DNA from: Amoebophrya sp. A120 | Taxonomy: Eukaryota; Protista; Dinoflagellata | Length of the DNA: 64,000 nucleotides | NCBI GenBank assembly: GCA_905178155.1 | Contig: CAJINV010000012.1 | Span: forward strand, 1,802,492 to 1,866,491 | Direction: 5' to 3' | Shown: positions 25,401 to 36,135 of the stretch, one piece after another | How the letters are laid out: each line of letters opens with the position of its first letter | Numbering within the stretch: position 1 is the first letter of the stretch | The notes under the pieces: model-generated | Seen by the model: only the letters and a program-made list of their open reading frames with translations | Database searches by the model: none | Told to the model about the DNA's origin: nothing | Translations under genes and position numbers: made by a program

Positions 25401-27093
25401 GTTCCTCCACTTGGTACTGATTCTGCGCCGTGTAGGACGTGGAGGGGTCCGCCAGGTAGTGAATACGGAGAACCACGTCGCTGACGGAGAGATCGGCAGC
25501 CGATGCACCGGGTGTTGCCGTTGAGGACACCACGACGGGTTCATCTTGAGTCGCAACGACGTTTGGTGTTCCACTTGAGGTACTGCCTGGGGCAGCAGTA
25601 TTAGTGCCCGGGGCCGGCGCCGGACTCAACATCGGAGGGGCCGCAGCCGGCTGCGGTGCCGGGCGGGGAGGATATGGCGTTCCCAAACGTTACGTTCTCA
25701 GCTGTTGCATGAGTTTGCAATGCAAGGATGGCAAAAGTGAAACGGGGAAGGTTTACGCATTTTGCATTACAGGTTTCGGGCGGATGATCATGATAATGCT
25801 ATCGAGCGCGTCGAGAACTTGTCATGCGAGGAAGGCTCGATCGCGTGAAGGGTGGTAGTGTTTTCGCATAACAAATCATGTACTTAACAGTTGAGAATGT
25901 AACGCTTGAGAACCCCATAGAGGAGCTTGTGTCGTCGGAGCAACATTCCGGTTTTCGTTGTCGTGCCACCAATTCGGATCGAATTCTTGGTCGTCCACAC
26001 TAGAGCCTTCGGCATTTCCGTTGTTGTTCCAAGAATTAGAATTGTCGTCGTTGTTTCTTGACTCAGGAATAGTACCTTGCTGCTCATCTGAACGCTGGTT
26101 GGTATCGTCTTCGTTTTCTTCTTCGTCCCGGTCCCGCTCATCTTCGTCCCATGTTGAGCTGCCATCTTCATCTTCGTCTCCATTCTCCATCCACCACCAC
26201 CAAGGCTTCCGATCGCGGTTCCGAGAGCTGCGGTGATCCAGAAGCCGCTTATTTTTGCGACCAGCACGACCTCTTTTCGACGTTGTCGCAACAGCAGCAG
26301 CAGATGCGTAGTTGTTCTGGCGTTTCTCCGTTCCCCGCCCACTCGTCAACAACAGCCTCGAAGTACTAGGAACGTTCAACACCCGATGTATGTCCGTGAT
26401 TTCCACCACCGGAACGGCCGTATGGAAGCGTCAGGTTTGAAATCGTCAAAGTTGAAATAGTTTGTCATGCATAAAATGCAGCCCTCAGAGTGCCTGTCTT
26501 GCAGAGTAGGCAAGTGAGGCAGATTGTAAGCCTGTTGAGGGGTAGAAACTGAGCAGCTAAAGCAGCACGACAAAAGGCGTCTTTCTTACCCAAACATCAT
26601 GACAAACTGGGTTTCGGCTCTACCCAAATTTGTCATGCGCCACTTGGAAACTGAGTCACTGCTTTGATCCATTTTCTGCATTACAAGTTATTTCAACTTT
26701 GACGATTTCAATCCTGACGCTTCCATAGGCCGTCGAGCCTCCGTAGGGCTGCACGCCCGCGTCCTGGGCGTTGCCGAGCACGGTTTTTAACCCTGCCTCC
26801 ATCGCGGAGAGAAAGTAGTTCCGGAGCGTGATCCCGAAGTAGTAGTCATCGGATGGCACCCAGGAGTCCAACTGGCTGTCGTGCACGCCAAATTGTTGAT
26901 CCTGGAGGTAAAACTGCAACTTAACCTCTGCTTGTAGGGTCAGCGGCTGGTTAACAGTTGTTACCGTTGTAGAACTAGACGCATGGGCGGGTTGTACGAT
27001 GGCTTGAAACAACGTCGCGGCGATCGCAGCTGCGAAGAGGAGAGTGCGGCTTCTCAACAGCAGAGGTCTCGTTTCTACACTAGAGGACGACAT
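16401..27093 (-). CDS. Signal-peptide/transmembrane protein with C-terminal PARP (ADP-ribosyltransferase) catalytic domain; 20 exons, 19 introner introns
   Basis: All 19 junctions translate in frame after removing element + 5 nt. Catalytic motifs YLFHGT, GSLYGKGLYFAESSTKADEY, LILCRVVLG and FREFVVYDQAQTYPEYIVWY (H-Y-E). N-terminal LLFAAAIAATLFQAIVQPAHA; TM LLWVVIFIATGWIFIFGFWTVCC. Confidence 0.85.
16562..16770. mobile_element. Introner family F
   Basis: TATC..AAAAACTGTTTCACTGTGA TIR; DR GTTCT; related to 47334-47560. Confidence 0.9.
16803..17007. mobile_element. Introner
   Basis: DR CCGCG/CAGCG; join EAL|VRQC in frame. Confidence 0.7.
17063..17322. mobile_element. Introner family A-like
   Basis: DR CACGA/CATGA; join VLGH|VRYC. 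Confidence 0.8.
17453..17740. mobile_element. Introner family E
   Basis: DR GCGTT; join GTNA|GSLYGKG inside the PARP motif. Confidence 0.9.
17950..18141. mobile_element. Introner family B-like
   Basis: DR TTCTT/CTCTT; in-frame join. Confidence 0.8.
18347..18641. mobile_element. Introner family A-like
   Basis: DR AAAAG/AAACG; join DTF|IKD. Confidence 0.75.
19439..19588. mobile_element. Introner family B (150 bp)
   Basis: DR ATTTG; join STN|AHE. Confidence 0.9.
19875..20158. mobile_element. Introner family C
   Basis: DR CTTCC; in-frame join. Confidence 0.9.
20671..20819. mobile_element. Introner family B (149 bp)
   Basis: DR TTACC. Confidence 0.9.
20855..21116. mobile_element. Introner family A
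   Basis: Perfect TIR TATCAAATGTAAAAATGTCTGGGTCTGGAAGATTG; DR GATAC. Confidence 0.95.
21147..21413. mobile_element. Introner family A-like
   Basis: DR TTCTC/TTCCA; join LE|SWMD. Confidence 0.75.
21453..21593. mobile_element. Introner family B (141 bp)
   Basis: DR TCGTC. Confidence 0.9.
22398..22602. mobile_element. Introner family G
   Basis: TATGACAGTGCACAA..CCCCCTCATTTGT TIR; DR GGGCC; related to 48023-48251. Confidence 0.9.
22667..22937. mobile_element. Introner family A
   Basis: DR CTCCC. Confidence 0.9.
23065..24235. mobile_element. Long (1171 bp) TIR introner with internal repeat array
   Basis: TIR TATC(G/C)AACAAAAAAGCATTAGCGTTAGCGTTTT; DR GTCGG; join ITPD|SNDII; internal AAAACGCTAATGCC copies in both orientations at about 23480-23900. 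Confidence 0.9.
24741..25005. mobile_element. Introner family A
   Basis: DR TGCCC. Confidence 0.9.
25068..25319. mobile_element. Introner family A
   Basis: DR TCCGC. Confidence 0.9.
25691..25901. mobile_element. Introner family H (TA..TCTCAACTGTTACATGA TIR)
   Basis: Degenerate DR, but element + 5 nt removal gives QA|LGTP in frame; similar ends at about 45829 and 62220. Confidence 0.65.
26421..26727. mobile_element. Introner family D
   Basis: ~39-bp near-perfect TIR; DR GGCCG. Confidence 0.95.
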
Positions 27094-27343
27094 CCTTTGA
27101 TCCTGTATGGTGTAGTCAATGGAACTCTGTGATGTTAGTAGCGTAGACGTAGAGTGGTTTAGAGGTACGATAATAAAATACGGTATTGTAGTAGTTTACT
27201 TGTATTATAATTGATTCTACTTTACTTGAAAATTACAAGTCGTTTCTCGGCCTCGACCGTATGGACGTTGGCGAGTTGGTTCTACCAATAAACACGACCG
27301 GCTCGGCGATAGACAAGGCAGGTGAGGATAAAACTTTGTCCGT

Positions 27344-27597
27344 TATCAAATGCAAAAATGTCTGGATCTGGAAACTTGTACTGCTAAAAGTGAATGATAG
27401 ACGCACTCCTGCAATACGCAGCTACGCATGACAATTTTTTTGGCAGCCATGTCTTACGTATTCCGCATGACAAACTGCGTTTTTTCATGACAGGTAAGAG
27501 GGCCTTTTCGTGCCTATGCAACACAGATTCTCGAGTCAAGCCAGACAAGCATGACAAACTTACAATCTTCCAGACCTAGACATTTTTGCAATCCATA
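27344..27597. mobile_element. Family A element outside coding sequence (5' UTR or intergenic)
   Basis: Family A TIRs; DR TCCGT; upstream of the PARP start codon. Confidence 0.85.
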
Positions 27598-29008
27598 TCC
27601 GTGCGACGAATACAGCAGAGCATGCAGAAAAAAAATAGAATCAAAACAACGGTGAACAGAATAGCCGCAGCAGAAAGGCTGAGCAGGTCTAACATAACGA
27701 TCTTATTTTCAAGGCGTGCATAATTTTTACGAGAAAATGAAAAAAATGACAAAAAAAGCGTGCAGGAGAAGAAGTAGGAATGCAGAATTCAGATCTTCGA
27801 GCAGCGAAGCGAATCAAATTGAAAAAAAAAGGGTAGCTATGCTCGTCCGTTGAGAAGACGAGTCAACTGCACCACTTGGCACAGCTTGCACAGCTGTCCA
27901 AGCTTTCTTGGTTGGAAGGGTGCGCACGAAAAGGCGCTTTTCTTGGGACCTGGAAACACAAAGGACAAAACTGGATCATGCTACTTACTTCTTGTGCAAA
28001 GACCCCATGCACATGCTTCAGTTTCAAACTGAAGAAAAATAACTTGTCCTCGCGCTCGCATCTCTAATCTCTCTCAATCGTTTTTGTTGACTCTGATTTA
28101 GCTCGCTCTTCCTCTCACAGAAATAAAACCAGGAACCGAGAAGCCTCTATTCAGCTCAACAGTGATCATCAGCTGGCAGGAGCACTAATAAATGTTATGT
28201 GCAGATGCATAGCGCTGCGAAGATCACGTCCCTGCAAATTGTGCCTTTAGCGAATTACACTACGGACACACATACAAGAACCTCCGACGGCACAGACTAC
28301 CCAACAATCACTTACCAGAGCGTGTTCGCAACATTCTGCGTCGTGCGCGGCGGACAGACGCTGAGCTAAGTCTATATCGAGAGCGACTCGTATGTGCATG
28401 CTGTACTATGGTGTGCAATTGTGTACTTCATCCTGTGTCGTGATATACTTTGAAATTTTCTCGCAACTACTTTTCTCACCTCGGCTGTACATATGGAGGT
28501 AGGTTTTGCGGCGTTTCTTTCTACTTATTTTCTTAATCTCATACAAGAAGCGTGTGTGTCTGACTCTGGTAGGTAGGTGGTCTCCTTTTTCAAGTTTTAA
28601 TTTCGTGTTACTACTGGTCTCCGTTTTGAATTTTCTCTTTTTTTTTTACTTCAAATACCGGAAGATTTTGGGAAGATGGCCTCACTGGCAGTGTGGTCAT
28701 GATACCTTTCCGTTTTGCAACATATTCTGAGACAAGAAAAAATTGAAAGTAATAAAACAACATCCCGGATAAGACTTAAAAGTTTCTTTGCAATTATCTG
28801 GACTGAAAGTGATGAAAACGCGTTGGATTTGAGGTCCACTTTTTGAATCATCATCATCATCTTGCTAGCATAGGGGAGGGCTGCTAGGGGTTTTGGGACT
28901 TGTCTTCGTTATCGTTTAGCGCAGCATTCGAAGTGGGGGTAGTGCAGAATGCTGTGGTCGAGATCGAATAGCAACTCTATTTGTCATTTGTCATCGAAAT
29001 GTCGCACA

Positions 29009-29884
29009 TCAATCGACTTCAAGATCGGCACACTCCGGAATAGGATCGAGGCCAGCCGCGAGGTCGAGCTTCTTGGAGTTTGCACATTTCCGCTCGTGCG
29101 TTTTTATACGACTCGCAGCGCCGACCTTCTTCTGGTAGGATCTGGGCCAGTCGATGGCGTGGACTGAGCAGCATGGGCAGGTAAGTTGTCTAGTGGTCCA
29201 CTTTTCGGCCCCGTCGGCAAGAAAACGTCGAGGCGGCAAAACGAGCCGCGCGGACTGCTTGTACGTCGGCGGTATGATGGATTGCCCCGATCGGCCGTAG
29301 ACAAATTCCTCGACCGGCATGCACGTCCCGTCCTGCTCCTTGACGAGACGCACAAACTCGCCCTGCTGGTGCAATCGTAAATGCGCGCGGAGCGCTCGTC
29401 TACTCCCCTTCAGATCGCAGCCGCACTCCTCGCAGTGTACAGCTCCAGCATCGTCTCTTGCAGTACTGTAGACGCCAGCGGAAGACTCAACAAGCTCACG
29501 CGTTTGGTTATCCGTGATCGACCCATCGAGAGCAACCTGCCGCGCCCGCAAGTCAACCAGACTGCGAGTGGCCTTCAAGACCGCTCGCTTCTTCGCCACC
29601 CGCGGCCGATCACCATACGAAGCGTCGTACTCCTGTTCCGTAATTCCGTGCTTCTTCAGCAACTTGTCAAACACCGCAGCAACACGCTCATCAGAAGTGG
29701 CCGAGGACCAGGACGGAAAAAACCAGTGCTGCATCGTGGCATCAATGTGCCACGCCCTCGTCCTCACGTACCAATCTCTCCTAGAGTCCTCCCCTACGTA
29801 GGAAGCAAAATCTGCAACAGGGATCTTCGCCGAGGCACACGCGTCAACAAAGACACACGTGAATAAAAGTAAGATTTGAATCAC
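29009..29884 (-). CDS. Intronless C2H2-type zinc-finger protein
   Basis: 291-aa ORF with CEECGCDLKGSRRALRAHLRLH and CPCC..KTHERKC; true start uncertain. Confidence 0.6.
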   Translation of the reverse strand: MIQILLLFTCVFVDACASAKIPVADFASYVGEDSRRDWYVRTRAWHIDATMQHWFFPSWSSATSDERVAAVFDKLLKKHGITEQEYDASYGDRPRVAKKRAVLKATRSLVDLRARQVALDGSITDNQTRELVESSAGVYSTARDDAGAVHCEECGCDLKGSRRALRAHLRLHQQGEFVRLVKEQDGTCMPVEEFVYGRSGQSIIPPTYKQSARLVLPPRRFLADGAEKWTTRQLTCPCCSVHAIDWPRSYQKKVGAASRIKTHERKCANSKKLDLAAGLDPIPECADLEVD

Positions 29885-30315
29885 GACGGGTGCCAGCGCC
29901 GTAGAAGCTGGTGTTTGAGTTTTAAGTATTTGTACTTCTCATTCGCGTTGACTGATGAACAAAGTACCTGTGAGCTGAAGATGAATATAGAAATGTTTCC
30001 GTGGTAAAGTACTAGCGTTTCTCATTTTTTCCCCGCCGACATAGTGCCTTTTCCTCCTCTTCCTCCTGTACCGTTTTCGCCACTAACGATCCCCATCTCA
30101 CTGGCTCACTCTATTGAGGGCAAAACCCTGAATCAACAAGAACCCAGAACGTGTATTAAAACGCGACCCGAATCTTCATGCTGACGAAACAAATTGCCAT
30201 GCATAGAATTCTTGCAAATCAAGAGCATCACGACCATCTACTTCAGCATCCTGAAGATCATCGTCATTTACTGCACTAGCACTAGCAGCTGCTCTTATTT
30301 ATGACGTTCAGGATG

Positions 30316-30851
30316 TATATTTATGGACGGACAGATTACAAAAACCTGCGCATGGTTTTGCGCTGTACTTCTAGAAAACGCTAGAAGTAGATCAATCCGG
30401 TTCCGCTCAACGGTGGTCCCCTTGTTGCTGTTCATCATGGTGATTGGCAACACAAATACCAAGTTGATCGGTGGATGGTACCGGTTCAGGTAGCGGTAAA
30501 AATGGGGCTCCGGGAATGTTTGCATTACAATATTTGAACTCCATCGAAGGCAGAAAGCTCAAGATGATGCGACAGATGAGCTTCTTTTTGGCATGACATA
30601 TTCACATCGTGAGGAAAATTATGCTGCATGGCATCAGACTATTTGGAACCGCACCACCGCAGTGCCACCGTGGATAAGATTACTCTGCATAGTATACAAA
30701 ATGGCGGAATTTGTGATGCGACAGCGACTTTTTGCATGGATTTGTCATGCAAACTTCCCGAAAGCCCCAGTTTTACCAATCACCCGGTTCCGCGACGGTG
30801 CAAACACGGGGGGACGCGACCAATAGTTGTGGTTTAGAGGAGAGCCACAAC
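30316..30851 (+). repeat. Left segmented terminal inverted repeat
   Basis: Three blocks nearly identical to the reverse complement of 43953-44487. Confidence 0.95.
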
Positions 30852-32089
30852 TTTTCAGACGCCATTTTTCGAGGGTTTGTGGATACTTTTTCATGAAAAA
30901 CGACACGTATTCGGACGTGGACGAAACTGAACGACACCGAGTGGACGGGCAGCAAAGAGACGACAACGCGGACGCCGACGAGCACACCGAGATGCTGACA
31001 CGATGATGACGACGAGGCAGACGACGGTGACGATTTTGAGGCACGAAGCAGCACGCGCATCTGCCAGCGGAATGACACTGCAACAAGGCTGCACACTGAA
31101 CAACTTCGACCTCGCTGGAAGAGAAGCCAGAACACGGCACACGAATTTTGGGGCGTGTCTTCCCCATGAGAGATACAAACAAAACGACTTTGACATGGCG
31201 GGTCTGTCTCTACATATCAAGAGGTCTACAGGTGCCAAGCAGTTTGTAACTTTCGTTGTATTCAAGGCTGATTCGCTAGAAACTGCGAATGAGTAAAGCC
31301 ATATACTTCAATATTAGCCGTAGGTGGTTGAGGCAACAAATCTAACAAGAGCTGGTGCGTAAATTTGTGATGCTAATCATCGAGATCGACACACGACGAC
31401 GCGACGAGGCATTCCCGCAAAGATAGATCAATACCGATTGGGTGGGTAAAGCGAAACATTAACGACATGGCTCAAGAATGCTGTATCTTGGATTCGATTT
31501 GCAATCGCATCAGCAGCACTTCTATTAAACATTCGGATCACTTCGCTGCGAAGTCAGCTTTTAATTTCTAGGAAAACAAAACAACAACAAAAGGGAAGCA
31601 AGGCTACTTGTGAATCTCTTGTAATCGAAATAGTGCGACTGCGAGCTTGTCACTCAGGCGGACTGCTGCCCGCGAACGCGTCAGAGCTACCTCGTTGAGT
31701 GCTTTGGTTTATCGCTCGCACTGGTCATGGTCATGCTAGTAGGACCGAAGACGAAGAAACGGAAAGTGAAGGCGAATTGTCTTTACGTAGTGTTGATTCG
31801 TGTAAGTCGTTTCGAATCAAGTTTGTATTTCTAATTTTTATCCAGATAAGAAATTGGCCGCAGCTAAAAACTCGACTTGCTAGAACCACAAAGCACGACA
31901 AACAAAGATTTTAAAATTTCTAATGGTTGGCCGCGTGTATAAAACCGATTGTGCTTTTTTTTCTGTTGTTCCAGGCTTGGCCATTGTATAGAGACAAACT
32001 CAACCGATCGGAGGAAGCAGAGCACGAGTAAGCTTGTCTATAGTTACATCAGAGAGCGCGTCCCTGTATCCGATGAAGATCAAAAGCAG

Positions 32090-34836
32090 CTAGGCCTTCC
32101 CTTTGGCCTTTGCCTTTCCCTTCGACTTCGCCTTCTCCTGGACCGTATCGCTCCTGGCCTCCGGGCTGCTATCCCTGCTTCCGCTAGCCACGGACTTGCG
32201 CTTCGGGGGGATGAAGTTCTGCTCGCCGATGAGGTCCACCTCCTGGGACCTTCGCTTGTTTTTGGTGGGGATGTTGTAGGTGGACGTCAAGTTTTCCTCG
32301 TCCAACTCGCTTTCACTAGTGATTGCGTCGTGCCGCTGGAGCACTTTCTTTTTGCCCCGACTGCCGGCATTGGTGTTGACGGAGGAGTCGTTTTCGTTGT
32401 CGGTGTTCGAAGTGGAGGCAGTGGCTTTGTTGTTTCCCTTCAACTTTTCCTCCATCTCTTTTTTCATCTGCTCCATCTGCGCCTCGTACTTCATCTGCAG
32501 CTCGGCCTTCATTTTTTCGAAGTCATTATCGAAGAGCTTCTGCTTGGTTTTTTTTGCTCCCACCTCCAGCTCCGTGATCGCTTCTTCGTCCTTGGAAACC
32601 TTTTTGATGCCGATGGGCATCAGAGTTCTGATGCGGATGGTCCCGCTGCCCTCCTGCTTCTCGCGGATGTCGTCGATCTTTTCCAGACCCAAGTTCGCGC
32701 CGGCCTTCTCCTCCCGCGGAGACGCAAGGGGTTCCCCATTGTCGTCAAACAGGTAGGGCATGTCTTCAATCACCTGTGAGTTGAAGATGAGGCGCTGATT
32801 GGAAATTATGAAAATCACAAGTGTGCTTTTTTGAATTTGTGACGCAAGCGAAGCTGTGACGCGAAATCATTTGTGATGCAAAAAAATTCTAAAGACCGGG
32901 AGTAAGTTTAAAAATCGCAAAGAAGTAATACAATCGTCTGCTCGCGAAATTTGATTTCGGAAAACGGTTCCACCGTAGTCGGACGAAACTCCAGGCAGAG
33001 GTCGGACAGAAGTTCTCTGTACAGTTGCCACGGGTGGGCCTCCGGGATTTCAATTTCGTAGGGGAGCACGATTGGCGTTCTCATCGCCCATTCCAGCTTC
33101 TCATCTGTGCAGGTCTTCTTGCTGTAGAAGCTCGCTTTCGTGCCAGTCTTCGGGGGAAAGTCGTACTGCTGCGCGTAGCACGACGTATTAATCCGCATAT
33201 TGTCGGGCACCGTCTGGAGTGTGAGCGTGGTTTTATTTGTGTACCCAAATCAAAGGAGAAGGCCTTTCTTCCATACCACAAAAAGTCTGAAAATATATTT
33301 TCCAAATCAAAGCTTTTCTATGCTTCCACGTCAGAGTTTGCAAAAAAAGCCTATGACTCTGTACGGTGTAATTGATCTTAGCGGTGAGCCGGTTTTTGTA
33401 ATATTGGTCGTTTTCAATCTCCGTTTCCCGGGAGAGTAGCGCGCCCTGCGCAATCGTGTGGTCCTGGTGCAGCTTCGCTAAAATTTTCTTCATCTCCTCT
33501 TCGCTTTGCGGCTTTTCCACCATCTCGCTCTGCGATTCCGCCTGGTCGATGAATTCGTTCTTCAGAGCCGCTTTTGCGGTTTTCTTTTCCAATTTGTCCT
33601 TTCCCTTTTTCCAGTCGTTGTACTTTTTGCGGCGCTCCTTCCAGTCGTCCTGGAGTTCCCGCGCCTCGGTGTTGTACGCTTCCACCTCGGTCTTCTTCTG
33701 CTCGGCAATAACTTTCAGCTCCGGACTTTTCACCGCTTCCAGGACGATTCCGGGGACCTCGGTTCCCGCCTCGAACGTGTCCACGTCTTGTTCGAGACTC
33801 ACGAGGACGTGGGTGAATTTTTTGAAACCGCCGGAGGTTGGGGGAACTCTTCCCGTTCGCCGGACCACGGTAAAACTGCCGCGCGTGATCATGTTACTCA
33901 TGCCCGACCACAGTTCCGTTGTTCGTGACAGGTGGTTCAACTTGGACTGGATCTTGTTCTTTTTCACCAGCTCATCTTTGGCGAAGCACCACTCGATGGC
34001 ATCGCAGCAAGTTCCCGGAAGCCCCAGTTCCAGCGGAGTCGTTGCCGTCACGATGGAACTCGGTCCCTGGATTTCCTGTAGTGATTTGGTTTGATTTTAT
34101 TTTCATGATACAAAGGCAAGGACTCACTCGCATGAGAAATTTAATATGCATGACAGACAACAACCCCGAATGCTCACGCGCATGACAAACTCCAAAACAG
34201 AAGACACAGACAAGCTAAGCAAATAAATACGCTCCACAGGCAGCCACTGGCTCCGGCCGGAAATTTCGTGTCTTTCAGGCAGTTGTGCACCATTTGCCGA
34301 ACTCCGTAAACCAGCTGCTGGCTTCTCTTGTCCTCGGGAGAGGAGCCCGGCTGGACCATCTTTCGCATCAGCTCCTTGATCGTCTTCAACACGTCCGGCT
34401 TTATGGAAGTCAGGCCATCCTTTCCCGTGTACAGCCAGTAATACACCTGAATGTAGAAAGTTTTTTTTTACCGAAAAGCTTGCCACGAAAAAATAATTTT
34501 AGCATGGGAAGTTCTCAGCACACTCCTTCACTCCATCCATCACAAAACGAAAAGAAAGAAAATTAATTTTCGGACCCGCAAGGTGCAGATTTTGGTGCAA
34601 GTCGGCAGGTTCTTGATCTTAGTGGGGAAGACCGTTGATTTTGTCCATCCGGTCACTTTGGCATCGTTTGCTTTCGTGATCCGGGGCCGGATGTCGTTGG
34701 TCCACAGCTTCGCGTTGGGGTCATTCATCGAGAAGTCTCTGTAGATCTGCGCGCAAAGGCCCGGCTCCGAGGGGTTTGCCGTGGATTGGCAGTGCATCTG
34801 ATTGCCAATTAAAGTCTTAGGCTTGACTGTGCCCAT
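32090..34836 (-). CDS. Five-exon hypothetical protein with coiled-coil, Lys/Glu-rich segments (element cargo)
   Basis: ORFs 34540..34836, 34174..34446, 33233..34051, 32908..33210 and 32090..32818; CAG acceptors at about 34447, 34077, 33214 and 32774; no family recognised. Confidence 0.7.
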
Positions 34837-35261
34837 GATAAAATCTAATCGAAATAATCCGAATTATCAAGCTCGAAATACGGCCGACGTCACAAATGCA
34901 AGTTTGAAAATCTCCGACGGGTCGCTTTATCAAAATGAGCTTCATCTTCATGGGGCAAACGAGAAAAATCATGCCTGCTCTCGATCATTGAAGAAACAAA
35001 AATAATCATGACGCACCTTGTTGCATGCGTATTCGGTCATGCGTTCCGCAGGCTCAGTTGTTTTCTTGTGCTCCGCATAGTTCGCCTTTAACTGATTTTT
35101 TTTTTTCAAAATTTCATTGATGGTTGACAGGGTTTCGATGAGCTGCTGTCATGCAGCACAACTTTATCGAAAACAAAAGCGCGCCCCTGATTTTCTGAAA
35201 GTAACTCTATCACCTAGTCAGAAAAATAGCATCTCTCTCTTCACCAAGGCAATGAAACAAC

Positions 35262-35996
35262 ATGGGCGGCAGTGTGAACGCGACAACAGATAGAAGGGGG
35301 GGCGGAGTAAGGAAGACCAAAAAACAGCAGAAAGCTAAGGCGATGCAAAGCAAAACGCCCCCGCCTGAAATCGAAGAGATTGGCGCGGGGGATGGGGCGG
35401 AGCGGTCTGGATCATTGGAGATTCCTGATTGCAAGAGATTTGGCACCGCCCTCGGAAAATCAACCGGCCGAAAAAAATGGGCGGGGCAACTGTACGAGCT
35501 TTGCTCGTCATTACAAGTGCTAACGGGCAGAAGAGGCGCCGACATCCGGCTTCTGGAGCTAAGCGACGTAACGGCCACCTATGTACGCGTTGGGAACAGC
35601 AAGTGCGCCAAAGAGGCAGGGGGCCGCGGGCAGATCAAACAGGTGCCGATCTCCCCGGAGCCAAAAACTGCGGACTTCATCAAGAAAACTCTTGACGAAT
35701 GTCGGAAGTACCTTCTTCCGAATGATCGCATTTTTCAGTTCGGCTATGAAGCGTTCGAAAAAAAAATCAGAGCTGTCCGGGCTAACTTCCGACCGCTCTC
35801 CCCGAATAGCTGCCCGGCGACATTGATCACCAGTCACACCCCCCGACGTTCCCTGGCAAGCCACTTATGGCGGAAGGGCGTTGCGATTTCGACCATCCAG
35901 GCAATCACAGGACACACCTCCGCCGAGGTGCTGGCCCGCTACATCAATGCCGACTTCGGGTGGCAAAGAGAAGCCGCGCGCGTTGTGGGCTTTTAG
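35262..35996 (+). CDS. Tyrosine recombinase (phage-integrase family catalytic domain)
   Basis: Ordered catalytic residues TGRRGADI (R), NSKCAK (K), SHTPRRS (HxxR), TGHTS (H) and LARY (Y); the only credible plus-strand gene; start uncertain. Confidence 0.9.
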   Translation: MGGSVNATTDRRGGGVRKTKKQQKAKAMQSKTPPPEIEEIGAGDGAERSGSLEIPDCKRFGTALGKSTGRKKWAGQLYELCSSLQVLTGRRGADIRLLELSDVTATYVRVGNSKCAKEAGGRGQIKQVPISPEPKTADFIKKTLDECRKYLLPNDRIFQFGYEAFEKKIRAVRANFRPLSPNSCPATLITSHTPRRSLASHLWRKGVAISTIQAITGHTSAEVLARYINADFGWQREAARVVGF

Positions 35997-36023
35997 TGCA
36001 AGACGCTAGAACTCCGAGTGGAG

Positions 36024-36055
36024 ATTTTACTTAGGCCGCCGGACCCAAATAAAAT
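36024..36055 (+). other. Putative recombination site 1 (12+8+12 bp)
   Basis: ATTTTACTTAGG-CCGCCGGA-CCCAAATAAAAT. Confidence 0.6.
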
Positions 36056-36135
36056 TTTTTTCAGGAATTGCTGTTCTAAATAAAAACGACAAAAAAAGTA
36101 CTGGCGCTGGTTTTGAAGGGAATGCTTGCACTCGA

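Noticed and set aside
30893-31296. Acidic plus-strand coding-like stretch inside the left end of the element
   Set aside because: Short frames broken by stops; a gene cannot be supported
31949-34094. Plus-strand ORFs 31949..32779 and 33456..34094
   Set aside because: Antisense shadows of the Lys/Glu-rich minus-strand gene
35262-35996. Recombinase as evidence of a prophage, bacterial contamination or DIRS retroelement
   Set aside because: Neighbouring genes have spliceosomal-type introns, and I recognised no phage structural genes or RT/RNase H ORF
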